A stretch of 64,000 bases of DNA, taken from positions 1,504,001-1,568,000 of the forward strand of contig CAVTBU010000005.1 in NCBI GenBank assembly GCA_963733035.1, in the 5' to 3' direction. Numbering within the stretch: the first letter of the stretch is position 1; each line of letters starts with the position of its first letter. The notes beneath the pieces are model-generated. The model was not told the DNA's origin, did not search any database, and worked only from the letters and a program-made list of their open reading frames with translations. The position numbers and the translations under genes were made by a program. The stretch is from Pirellulales bacterium. Lineage in GTDB: Bacteria > Planctomycetota > Planctomycetia > Pirellulales > PALSA-1355. Positions 32,501-42,434 of the stretch are shown here, one piece after another.

Positions 32501-33574
32501 ATGTAGAACGGCTTGGCAATCGCGGGATCCAGCGCCGCGCCACCTTCGATCCCCACCTGCACGTAGCAGGTTTCCGGGGTCGCGCCGGTAGTAAATGTCC
32601 CCTCCTGAAGCTGAATACCTCGCCAGTTCGTCCCATTCCAACTCACTTCCTGCGTGGTGCCCCCGTTGCCAACAAGTCTCACGTAGCCATTCACGCCAGG
32701 ATTTGCCGTATCACCCTGCCCGCCGTACTCGAACATCGCCGATAGGCTATAGGTCGTGTTGGCCTCCAGCGTAATGGTTGAAGTCGAGGTGATGTGCTGA
32801 TCGCCGTTGGGCAGTGCAAACTTCAGCGAGTAGTTGCCGTCATAGATCTCGTTGTGCAGCCAGACACCCTGAAAGCGCAATGCGCCGGGCGCGGCGCGTA
32901 AAGTCCCAACCACTTGCCACCACACCGGCACCAGCTTCGAAACTGCCATTGGGTATGGTGATTGGGGTGGCATCGTCATAAGTAATCTTGTGCCCATTGA
33001 GGTCGAAGACAACATCCTTCGCGATAATCGCAAATGCCGTTCCGTCCGTGGTGACATCCGTTTGCAGCACATAGGTTGCTCCTGGCTGGTCCAGGTAGTA
33101 GGGCCCCGCTCCCCGGGCGTCCAACCAAGCTTGATCGATATCAATGATGCTTGTCGCAGCAACAACTGCAACTTGGTCCGATCCCGCATGGACAACCGGA
33201 GCCCCTTGGGAGTCAAGCGGTGCGGGGTCGCCTGACAAGAATTCCGGAGGCGGCAACTGAGATTGCTCGGCGGATGAAGTTGCGGCTTCGAGTGGCATCG
33301 TTGACAATAGATGCCTAGACTCAAGATGTTCCAATCGCAAGTTGGACGCTCTGAAGGCAGAACGTTTTGTCCTCTTGCCGCTCCAGATGCGAAACTGCTT
33401 CCTTGGCAAGGCAGGTTCTCCGACATCCTCGGGAGGCCTAAGTTCAACATCGGCTAAAGATGTGTCGCTTGCAGCAGTACGAAGACAAGAGGCAGACGGG
33501 CAGACTGGGATTAGAACGTATGCCAGGAAACAGAGCCGCAATGCGACGAACTTCTCAAACCCTAAACATAGCAT
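26589..33574 (-). CDS. giant secreted protein C (about 2330 aa reconstructed): LEPRxLL leader, carbohydrate-binding-like insert and right-handed beta-helix, 2 cadherin-like repeats, 4 LamG-like and 3 PKD-like modules; frameshifts at about 32896 and 26727
   Basis: ORF 32840-33574 (LRLEHLESRHLLS, YVLQTDVT..GTAFAI..KDVVFDLNGHKITY) joins the 26695 frame at about 32896. Beta-helix-like N-rich turns (IYGNTI, VHDNVI, IYDNTI, VYGNNV). Homology to the protein A tail continues in the 26589-26825 frame. Start codon uncertain. Confidence 0.85.
26828..31062. repeat. 4235-bp direct repeat, copy 2; partner 5895-10129 (contains the 921-bp tandem at 27541-29663)
   Basis: Near-identical sequence at offset 20933. 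Confidence 0.95.
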
Positions 33575-33712
33575 GTTTTTTCACTCTGTGGGTTCTTCAT
33601 CGTCTGCCTTTGCTCCCCCATTGACTTCAATTCCGCCCAGTTTGCCCGATCGTCATGGCAGGCTCAGTCCGCTTTACTTCACGGAGTCGAGTGACGCCGA
33701 GCTAAACGCGTT

Positions 33713-34112
33713 TCGCACAAACGGACTTCGTCGTGGCGGCCATAGATGTCGATCGTGAGATCGTGACGCGTCGAGCCCGCCCTGCCAGCATCGCCTCGGG
33801 CGTCGGCAGCAACGCGCCTCGTTTGCGTGGCCGACCAGGTGCACCTGGCTTTCGCTGGGGCGGAGCGTCATACAGCCGCGCGTTCAGCAGCAAGCGACTG
33901 GTCAGATCGCAGTTCTGCGGCAGTTCGCCGAGCACGCTCTGTCCGCCATAGGCACTATCGGCCAGCACGTGAAAACGGCGGTTTGCACGGTGTCCGCACA
34001 CTATCCACAGCATCTCCACGGCCAACTCAGGACGTGTGCGATATTTCCGCCGATCGCGCTGGGCCGACTTCTTGTTCAAGTACAAACGGAACAAGATCGG
34101 CAGGCAGAACGC
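33713..34112 (-). pseudogene. IS701-like (DDE) transposase internal fragment
   Basis: FCLPILFRLYLNKK...YRTRPELAVEML...VLADSAYG...RLYDAPP...GRPRKRG; truncated at both ends and frameshifted by an 8-bp duplication; family assignment approximate. Confidence 0.8.
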
Positions 34113-34254
34113 CAGTCCTTTCGTGCTGGTACGGGTTCGTTCTCACAAACAAACTTCTACCAGTTCCAGGATTGCCCTTTCAATTTGTGCGCACAATCCA
34201 GGACGTTATCTGCAAAGGTCTGGCGTGTCCTTTCCTTGCTTCGGTATCCCGGAG

Positions 34255-35273
34255 CTATATCCAGTCGGAATCGGCGTGGGTCAGGAAGTACTCTGACGGC
34301 TGCAGTTTCCTGGCTCGCTCAGAAAGAGGCAGGATGATAACGTTCGCCGTATTCGGGAGTTCTCGAAATCCCGCGTGACGGAGTGCCGGTACGGTATAGT
34401 TAGTGGCCGGACATTGAATCTGGATTGACTCGAAACCGGCCGCCCGGGACTGGCGGGCCAGCGTTTGAATGGCGCCCGTGATAATTCCGGCATCGTTCGG
34501 AACGAGCATATCTACGAGTTCTCGATCTCTTCCCTGATTCCGGACCACGATATAACCGACATGGGCTTCCTGTCGGATGACAACCAACAACTCATACTGC
34601 TGCGTCGCGCCTGCAGAAACCGCCAGTGAATAAAGTCATGATCTCGAACCAGGGCAACCGACTGCGGAATGTCAACGTCGCTGATACTGGTTGTTACCTG
34701 ATGGGGCACGGCGTCCGAATGGCCGACCAGAGAACAGGCGGTGCCGGTCTTCCGAAACCGTCGGTTGGCAGCCACAATCGGAGCCGCGGTGGGCCCAAGC
34801 ACACCCTGCAGGAGACGGTTAGACGTCACTCGCCGTCCCAGATAGGCGCCCGTCAGAGGAAGTACAAAAGTCGACATCGCAGTCAGAATCTGGAAGCCGG
34901 CATTTAGTAACGACCCAAGAGATTGACTGTTGGGGAAGCCAAGAACGTATTCGAAACGCGATTCCAGGTCCCCTAAGACCACCTTGAGAAGACTATTGAA
35001 TATCCTGCGTCCCCGGTGCTCCTTAAGCACCATGCCATCAATCAACTGGGCCACCCGGCAAAGAGAGTTGTCCACACGTACCTGTTGGGGAATGACCTGA
35101 ACACAACCGACAATCGAGTCCTCGCTGATCGCACAATACGAAAGAGCCGGTCCCGACGGATTCTGGGTGCAAAGCCAGTCGAACTTTTCCGAATTACGAT
35201 CGGGGTGTACAACGCGGTATAGTTTCTGGATCCGCGTGATATCAGAGACTCTCTCAAATTTGAGGTCTGACAT
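34255..35273 (-). CDS. GNAT family N-acetyltransferase (EPS-associated), 1-nt frameshift at about 34607
   Basis: FDWLCTQNPSG, DGMVLKEHRGRRIF, VLGFPN, VRDHDFIHWRF; restoring one C gives QAPTQQYELLVV, joining ORF 34255-34590 (ends LTHADSDWI). Confidence 0.85.
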
Positions 35274-35289
35274 CGTGTTCCTACCTGTT

Positions 35290-36321
35290 CTATTCCTTGA
35301 TTCCCGACACGAACAATTTGAACTTGGCAAAGAACATGTCTGATCCGACTCCGAGGCGGGGCAGTTCGTACAGGTCAGCCGTGGGGAAAACAAGTTGTTC
35401 CGTGGTCGTGACGGCACTGTCAAAGGCTTCGCGTACCACCCCCAATACGGACTCATTGTAGTCATCCGGAGTGCCGTTCGGATAGGCAAAGTGGTCGATG
35501 GCATGACCGACTTTCCCCTCGATCAGCCTTTTCGAGTCAAGGATCTCTCTCCGCATGGCTGAGCCGCAAGTCTGTGAAAGAATCACGTGACTGACCGTAT
35601 GTGCGCCAAAATCTATCAGTCCCTTCTTGTCGATTGCCTGAATGTCCAACCAACTCATACCCCGAAACATCTCCCGATGCCGGTCGAGAATGACGGTATC
35701 CGCACGAGCAACCAATGCCTGGATGCACTCCAACCGACGTTCGGTCGGCAAGGCCTTGAGCTTCTGGCACACCAGCGCTTTGGCCCGGTGGCGAGACGCC
35801 TCGGAGGATAAATCCAATGACGCCAAAGAGAGATCCATGAGATCCAGACGCTCTTTTCTGGTCGCCAGTAGAATGGCGTGGACATAATCCGGCCAGATTA
35901 GTCCCTGAAACTCATTCTGCCCGTCGATAAATGACGTTGTCAGGTAGACCGTCGCCGGTATCTCGAATTCTTCCAGTATGGGGAGTGCCAGGGTTGCGAA
36001 ATTCTTGAAACCGTCATCGAACGTCACAGCCGTAGCCGCCGAAGGCAAATGGCCGGACGTCAGCCCGGACACCAGTTCAGGCATCGAGAGTACGGTCGTG
36101 GCCGACTTCAAGTAGGCCATCTGCTGGCGGAACATATCTACGTGAACCTGAGTCCAGGCTATGGGACATTGATCGACAATGCTGTGGTACATAAGCACTG
36201 CGGCCTTCCCCCGGTGATACCGGCGAAGAAGCGACGGGGTGCCAAGCGCGGCAAGAGCTCCATATGCGACTTTCTGCAGGTGGCTGCTACTCATCCTTCT
36301 CGCCTTTGACAGACACTGCAA
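35290..36321 (-). CDS. polysaccharide deacetylase (CE4/NodB-like)
   Basis: VLMYHSI, AVTFDDGF, PATVYLTT, FGAHTVSH, FAYPNG, LPRLGV. Confidence 0.93.
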   Translation of the reverse strand: MQCLSKARRMSSSHLQKVAYGALAALGTPSLLRRYHRGKAAVLMYHSIVDQCPIAWTQVHVDMFRQQMAYLKSATTVLSMPELVSGLTSGHLPSAATAVTFDDGFKNFATLALPILEEFEIPATVYLTTSFIDGQNEFQGLIWPDYVHAILLATRKERLDLMDLSLASLDLSSEASRHRAKALVCQKLKALPTERRLECIQALVARADTVILDRHREMFRGMSWLDIQAIDKKGLIDFGAHTVSHVILSQTCGSAMRREILDSKRLIEGKVGHAIDHFAYPNGTPDDYNESVLGVVREAFDSAVTTTEQLVFPTADLYELPRLGVGSDMFFAKFKLFVSGIKE

Positions 36322-36478
36322 TCAAGGATACTTGATTTTGGAAATGTCGCAGCGCAAAGGGGATCTGCTCGTCCGTACAATGCTTCCTGCCCATGGTCCC
36401 AAATCCTCCTCGTCAAAATGCCAGGTTCCAACAACTCTAACATTCCTCGCGGATCAGGAAATGGGGTGAAGGTCAGCC

Positions 36479-37131
36479 GCTGTATGACGCTCCGCCCCAG
36501 CGAAAGCTAAGTGCACCTGGCCGGCCACGCAAACGAGGCGCGTTGCTGCCGACGCCCGAGGCGATGCTGGCAGGGCGGGCTCGACGCGTCACGATCGACA
36601 TCTATGGCCGCCACGACGAAGTCCGTTTGTGCGATTGCCAAGCCCGCGTGCACTCGACTCCCGCGCGGCCCTTGCGTGTGGTGGCCGTCGAGCCGTTGTT
36701 GGGCGGACGAACACGCCAGGCACTCTACTCGACGTGCTGGCAGGCGGATGCCGAGCAAGTGCTGTCTTGGTACGCGATGCGCTGGAGCCTGGAAGTCAGC
36801 TTCCACGATAGCAAGCAGTCGCTGGGTTTCGAGGAACCCCAGGGCTGGACGCGCCGCGCGGTCGAGCGAACGGCGCCGATGGCGATGCTGTTGTATAGCC
36901 TGGTCGTGTTGTGGTTCGCCGAGGAAGGTCATCGCCGGTACCGTGCGTTCAAACGTCCCTGGTATACGACCAAAGTCCACGCTTCCTTCGCTGACATGCT
37001 CGCCACGCTCCGTCGCGAAACGATCCGCGAAAGGGTTTTGTCACTCCCGCTCACCGGCCCAGGAAGTCGAAAAATCACCCAAGCCCTGGACAACATCGCG
37101 GCACTAGCCGCCTAAAACTGCGAAACTCGAA
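36479..37131 (+). pseudogene. IS701-like (DDE) transposase C-terminal fragment with probable right end
   Basis: LYDAPPQRK...WYAMRWSLEVSFHDSKQSLGFEEPQ...RPWYTTKVHASFADMLATLRRE, stop at 37115, followed by AACTGCGAAACTCGAA; 5' part missing. Confidence 0.82.
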
Positions 37132-37164
37132 CTTACAGGAGAGGTCGGGACAAACCCAATCTTG

Positions 37165-39056
37165 TTATGTGTGAATCCGTTCGAGCCAGCCTGGAACATA
37201 AGCATGGAAAAGATTTGCTTGTCATTTAGAGTACGTCGTTGATAGTGGTTCTGAAGGACACATTGTACCTTCCTCGGATTAAGCACCTGATATCGTTCCA
37301 CGCTGTCGGGCGACAAAGTTGCGTCGACATATGGTCGAAGATCGCCGCGCAGCCAAATGGCCATCGGCGATGCGAACCCCTGCTTGCGATGATTCATTAC
37401 TGAGGCCGGGAGGTAGTCACGGGCGACACGACGTAGCAAGTATTTCTTCTGACCCCAACGGAGTTTCATTGACGTAGGTATCCGCGCGCAAAACTCAACG
37501 AGTTTGTGATCCAGGAACGGGACTCTAAGCTCAAGTGAGTGCCGCATGCCGACGCGATCGGTAAGAGCCAAAAGATCGTCCGGTAAGTACATCTTGATGT
37601 CCTGGTACAGTGCGCGGTCAAGCAAGTCACCTGTGTCAACCTGTTCAAAATATCGCGTACCCATCATGTCGACGGCGTCGAAATCGATCTCGCGCGCCAC
37701 GGTCGGCACGTACAGGGCTCGCCGCCTTTGGCGGTTCGCAATCATTTGATAGCTCTGCCATCTTGCGGCTGCGGAAAGTCCGGCGCCGTCAACGAATCGC
37801 TTCAGGTGATTAATGCGATTCTCTCCGTTACGTGGCTCTCGGAGTCCGTGCACGACTGGCGCTAGGATTCGGTCACGCACAAATCGGGGAATACGATCAT
37901 ATTGCGAGCTGAGAGCGAAACCGCGAAAGCGTTCATACCCGCCAAAGCTCTCATCTCCACCGAGACCAGTAAGAGCCACGGTGACATCTTTTGAAGCTGC
38001 TTGACAAATGGAATGCGTGGGTATCAATGAATCGTCAGCAAAGGGCTGATCGAAAGCGAATAGAGCTGCATCGATTGCTTCCTCGGGCGTTGGCATTACC
38101 GAGAATTCGCGGTGATTTGTTTGGTAACGCGCGCTGACCTCGCGAGCAAACGGCCGCTCATCGAGAAAGCTGCCGGTATCCCCCCCGAAACCGATAGTAA
38201 AGGTACGCGTCGACTCTCCGCCATTTTGGTTCATCATGGCAACAACTAGACTTGAGTCGATCCCGCCGCTCAAAAACGCCCCCAAGGGAACTTCGCTCAT
38301 CAGTCGCATTTTTACCGAATCTCGGAAGAGCGACACGAATTCCTGTGCAATGTCGTCCGGTCGCCCTGACAGCTTTGGCGTCATGGCTAGATCCCAATAT
38401 TGTTCCAAAGTGACGCCGCGTCGTTCCGCGATTAAAAAATGTCCAGGAAGCAATTGCCGAATCGACTTATAAGCTGTAAAAGGCGCTGGGATATAGCCGT
38501 AGGCAAAGTAAGCATCAATTGCCGTCCAATCCATATTTCGCGAGATCATTGGCCGAGACAACATGGTCTTGATTTCGGACCCAAATAGCAAAGAATCGTG
38601 GCCGAGCGCGTAATAGAGCGGCTTGATTCCAAGTCGATCTCGTGCGATGAACAGTTGATTCTTTCGCGAATCCCAAATAGCGAAAGCAAACATCCCCCGC
38701 AGGTGGCGTAGGCAGTTCTGCCCCTCCTCTTCGTACAGGTGAACTATGACTTCAGTATCCGTCGTAGTTGTGAACCGATGGCCGCGTTGCTTTAATTCAG
38801 ATCGAAGAGCGACGTGGTTGAACACTTCGCCGTTGAATACGATCCACAGCGTCCCATCTTCATTGCTGATGGGCTGATGCCCACCGCCTACGTCGATGAT
38901 CGATAGTCGACGTACACCCAACCCAACGCTGCCTGCCGTCCAATACCCCGCGTCGTTAGGCCCACGGTGGACAATTGCGTCGCACATCGACTTAACAGCA
39001 TCTACCTCCACGACTCGTCCAGGGTCGAAATAGAATATTCCGGCGATTCCGCACAC
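37165..39056 (-). CDS. asnB: asparagine synthase (glutamine-hydrolysing)-like amidotransferase
   Basis: MCGIAG, HRGP, RRLSIID, FNGE, RDRLGIKPLYY, LSGGIDSS, GLGGDE, RVPFLD, KQGF. A 1-nt loss near 37189 reads through to 37104; the repaired end is MFQAWLERIHT* at 37165. Confidence 0.93.
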
Positions 39057-39059
39057 GAA

Positions 39060-40220
39060 TTAAGCTCCCTTTCTGGGGGTCCAGGTAACCTGTCGCTCGC
39101 CGCGCAGAAACTTGAATAGCGCCACCGCGGCGGCCGCGTTGATCAGGCTGAAATATAGAGGAACAAGCATCCAGCGAGAGTTAATCCGTCCTCGATAGGC
39201 GAAACCGAAGCCGGCGGCGCCATAAAACAGAAGCTGAGCACAAAGGGCTGCGAAGTAAAACGGTCGACCTAGGAGAAAGACGCTGCTGACAACGAGTACC
39301 GTCAGCGGAACAAAAGATAGGTAGCGCAGCCATTTGTGAACGAAAAGTTGAAATGCGTACAAACCGTACCTCGGTGACAGAAGCTGCCGAAATTCCCACA
39401 GTGTGTGCAAGGAGCGAAGGCTGACCCTCACTCGCATTCGGTACTCATCCTTTGCCGCGACTAGCGCCTCTTCGCGAGCAATTGCTAAAGGACTGAATAC
39501 CACACGATATCCTTGCTCAATAACGCGTAAGGGAAGTACAAAGTCCGGTAAATGATCGGGGCGCATCGACGAATACAGGGAGCGCCGAACAATGTCGATG
39601 CCGCCGTTTACCCCAACGACGGAGCTGGCTCGCGTTTCGAGGGTCCGAACCCAGTTTTCATAACGTAGATATATACTGGTTGCGCGACCAACGCTCGGTA
39701 CGCCAGGGCTGGGATGAACCAACAGTCCTGTGGCGTAGCCGACTTTAGGATCGGCCATGGCAGCTACTAACTCGCGCACTGCGGAGCGATCATAGAGCGA
39801 GTTTGCGTCCGAGAAGACCAGAAAGTCCCCCGAAGCGACCGCCACGGCACGGTTTAGCGCACTAGTCTTACCCTGCCGTCGCTCTTGACGCACTAGCCGA
39901 ACTCTCTTTGAGTCGATCCGCCGCACCATTTCATCCGTGGCATCCGTGGAGCCATCGGACACAACGATTATCTCGAGAAGGTTTTCAGGATAGTCGAGAC
40001 CAAGCTTATTCTCGATCGTCGCGACGATCGACTGCTCCTCGTTATAGGCGGCTATGAGAATGGAAATCTTAGGCAGTGGCGGCGACACACGCACGTCGGT
40101 CGGGCCTCGCCGGTGCATGCAAAATGACAGCAGACTAAGAGGATATCCAAAATAGACATATAAGACGATAATAGCGCAAGACCAGAACGCAGTCTCGGCT
40201 AGCACACAAACTGCGGGCAT
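39060..40220 (-). CDS. glycosyltransferase family 2, membrane-bound
   Basis: ISILIAAYNEE, VVSDGSTDAT, GKTSALN, FSDANS, C-terminal TM segments. Confidence 0.93.
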   Translation of the reverse strand: MPAVCVLAETAFWSCAIIVLYVYFGYPLSLLSFCMHRRGPTDVRVSPPLPKISILIAAYNEEQSIVATIENKLGLDYPENLLEIIVVSDGSTDATDEMVRRIDSKRVRLVRQERRQGKTSALNRAVAVASGDFLVFSDANSLYDRSAVRELVAAMADPKVGYATGLLVHPSPGVPSVGRATSIYLRYENWVRTLETRASSVVGVNGGIDIVRRSLYSSMRPDHLPDFVLPLRVIEQGYRVVFSPLAIAREEALVAAKDEYRMRVRVSLRSLHTLWEFRQLLSPRYGLYAFQLFVHKWLRYLSFVPLTVLVVSSVFLLGRPFYFAALCAQLLFYGAAGFGFAYRGRINSRWMLVPLYFSLINAAAAVALFKFLRGERQVTWTPRKGA

Positions 40221-40620
40221 TATTGCACTGTACCTATTGTCGGCAGCGGGTCCCGACGACGAAGTTCTTGAATCGTCCTGCTGATTTTAGTTCCCCACTG
40301 GGCGGTCATCCTGTTCCTGCGAATCGCCGCAAAAGCCATCTTGGACTTAAACGTCGCCCCAAAACTCACGCCGCTTCCGCGTTTTCGTGACACACTTCCG
40401 ATTCGGCCATTCCCGGACCCTCGCCTGCGTCCTAGCGACTTGTAGAGACCGGCTCCGATGGTAAATCTAAGACAGCCTTGGCGGGTGAATTAGGCGAGCT
40501 TGTATGCAGGAGGCATTTCGTAGGTCGGCTAGGCTCGTCAATCCCATCGAATCACCAAGGCCGGTTGTGAGATAGACGCTATGCGGTGAAGTGCCTTACG
40601 GTCCGACGGAACACGTGGGC

Positions 40621-42099
40621 CTAGCGAGACAGCGCCGGTAAGTACCTATGTGCCATGCGCCAACTCCACGCCAACTGCCGGCGCACCCACGCTTCCTCGT
40701 CACCATCAACCACGCCAAGCTGCCAAAGCAGAGCAGGCCAACTGATCCACAAGCCGGCCTTTAGGAGTATGCCTGCTGCTCCCGTAGCAACAAATAGCTG
40801 AGCTGCTCCATACAGCCCAACAGCGGCCGCAGTTCCAATGATCACCGCACGCCAGTCATAGGCAACGAAGAAAACTCTCTGTGTCACGACAAATGTGACG
40901 CAAGCATGAACCGTAAATGCAATCGCAAGCGACACCGCTGCTCCCACGCTACCAAATCGTGGTACAAGAATAGAAAAGGAAAGCACAGCGACTACGCAGG
41001 ACAGGGCCATGATGAACGGCTTCCATTTCGTTTGGCGCTTCGCCCAAAAGCTTCCCTCAAACAGATTCGATGTGAAGTGCAAGGTTGACGATACTGTAAT
41101 GAGCGGAATGATATATGCTGCCGCTCTGTATTCTGCCGGGGCTACCAGCGTCACTAGTTCAGCGCTGAAGAGGCATACTCCTAGCCCGATAAACACGCGA
41201 ACTGCAACCATCCGCAAAATATATCGCCCAACAGCACGAGTTGCGTCGGGCCTCCCGAACACTTCATATAGTATTGCCGTCCACACTTTGAACAGCGGCA
41301 TCGTGGCCAGCAGTGGAATAACGTCAGCCAATTTGTAACCGAGGGAATAGACGCCAAGCTCGGCAGTTCCGTCATAGCTAATCAGAAAGAAGCGATCCGC
41401 ACTGCTCAGCCCTATTCCAAGAAGTCCCGTGGGCAGTAGGGGCAGCGCAAACAGGAGAACGTTGTGCGCCGTTGTGCGACTTGGCCGTGGAAAGCCTCGC
41501 GCCACTTCTCGCATCGTCAGCGAGATACCAAATATTCCTAGGCAGATGACGGTGCCTCCCAGCACACCCCAAACTCCCAACCCGAGCACCGCCACTCCAA
41601 CGATGATTAGAGTTAGCCTCGTGATGGCCATGAGTAAATTGACCGTTACGAATCCGAAGGAGTCGACGCGAGCCTGCATGAGCGCCAGTGGCAGCGACAC
41701 GGCACCTTCGAGAAGTACAACCGCAATCCCGAGGGTCACGAGCGCCGGACTTCCAATTCCCAGCCATGATGCCAGCAAAGGCGACAACACAACGGCCGCC
41801 AGACCGCCAAAAGTCAAGAGCGACCACAGCACAACCGCCACCGCAGAAAATGCATGCTGACGCGCATCGGGCGTTTTCGCCTGACAATAGAAGCTGAACG
41901 TGGCCACCTGGATTCCTCTTCCGAGGATGAGCAACACGAGAACATCTCCGGTGCGCTGGAGGATATCCAGGGTTCCATAATCGGCCGGTGAAAGGTAGTG
42001 GGTGTAGAGCGGCAAAAGCACGGCCGATGCCACTTGCATCGCCATCGCGCCGAAGCCATAAACTAGAGCGTTCGAAAGGAAACTACGCGAGTTAGACAT
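40621..42099 (-). CDS. Wzx-type oligosaccharide flippase
   Basis: Multi-TM; LLPLYTHYLSPADYG, ADRFFL, ELGVYSLGYK, LVPRFGSVGAA. Confidence 0.9.
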   Translation of the reverse strand: MSNSRSFLSNALVYGFGAMAMQVASAVLLPLYTHYLSPADYGTLDILQRTGDVLVLLILGRGIQVATFSFYCQAKTPDARQHAFSAVAVVLWSLLTFGGLAAVVLSPLLASWLGIGSPALVTLGIAVVLLEGAVSLPLALMQARVDSFGFVTVNLLMAITRLTLIIVGVAVLGLGVWGVLGGTVICLGIFGISLTMREVARGFPRPSRTTAHNVLLFALPLLPTGLLGIGLSSADRFFLISYDGTAELGVYSLGYKLADVIPLLATMPLFKVWTAILYEVFGRPDATRAVGRYILRMVAVRVFIGLGVCLFSAELVTLVAPAEYRAAAYIIPLITVSSTLHFTSNLFEGSFWAKRQTKWKPFIMALSCVVAVLSFSILVPRFGSVGAAVSLAIAFTVHACVTFVVTQRVFFVAYDWRAVIIGTAAAVGLYGAAQLFVATGAAGILLKAGLWISWPALLWQLGVVDGDEEAWVRRQLAWSWRMAHRYLPALSR

Positions 42100-42434
42100 T
42101 GTTGAGCTAAAAGAGGCCTAGGATTGTCAATTGATGCGAAACCACAACATGCGGCGAGGGCCTCGCTTTCCGTCGCCAGCCCTTCACAATGTTGACTTGT
42201 CGCGGCGACAGTAAGATCGTTTGAGTGTAGTGCCACGCATTTCTTTCATCCCAGCCTGCGCGGAACGCAAAGAGTGAGCCTCGGCGGCCGTGCTGTGCGG
42301 TGGGGAGTGTGTGCCAGCACGCTGTTGACGACACGCAGAGCAAAGTTCGCGCAGCGACGCTAAATCGCATCTTGTGTTCCGTTGCCAACAGTGCCGCCCA
42401 TCGAGACGACTCTCCCAATCGTTTCTCAGGTGAG

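Noticed and set aside
32897..33450. N-terminus of track ORF 26695-33450
   Set aside because: Wrong frame; the LEPRxLL motif and protein-like sequence are in the 32840-33574 frame
37104..37164. AsnB C-terminal extension overlapping the IS remnant
   Set aside because: Explained by a 1-nt deletion near 37189; the repaired frame ends WLERIHT* at 37165
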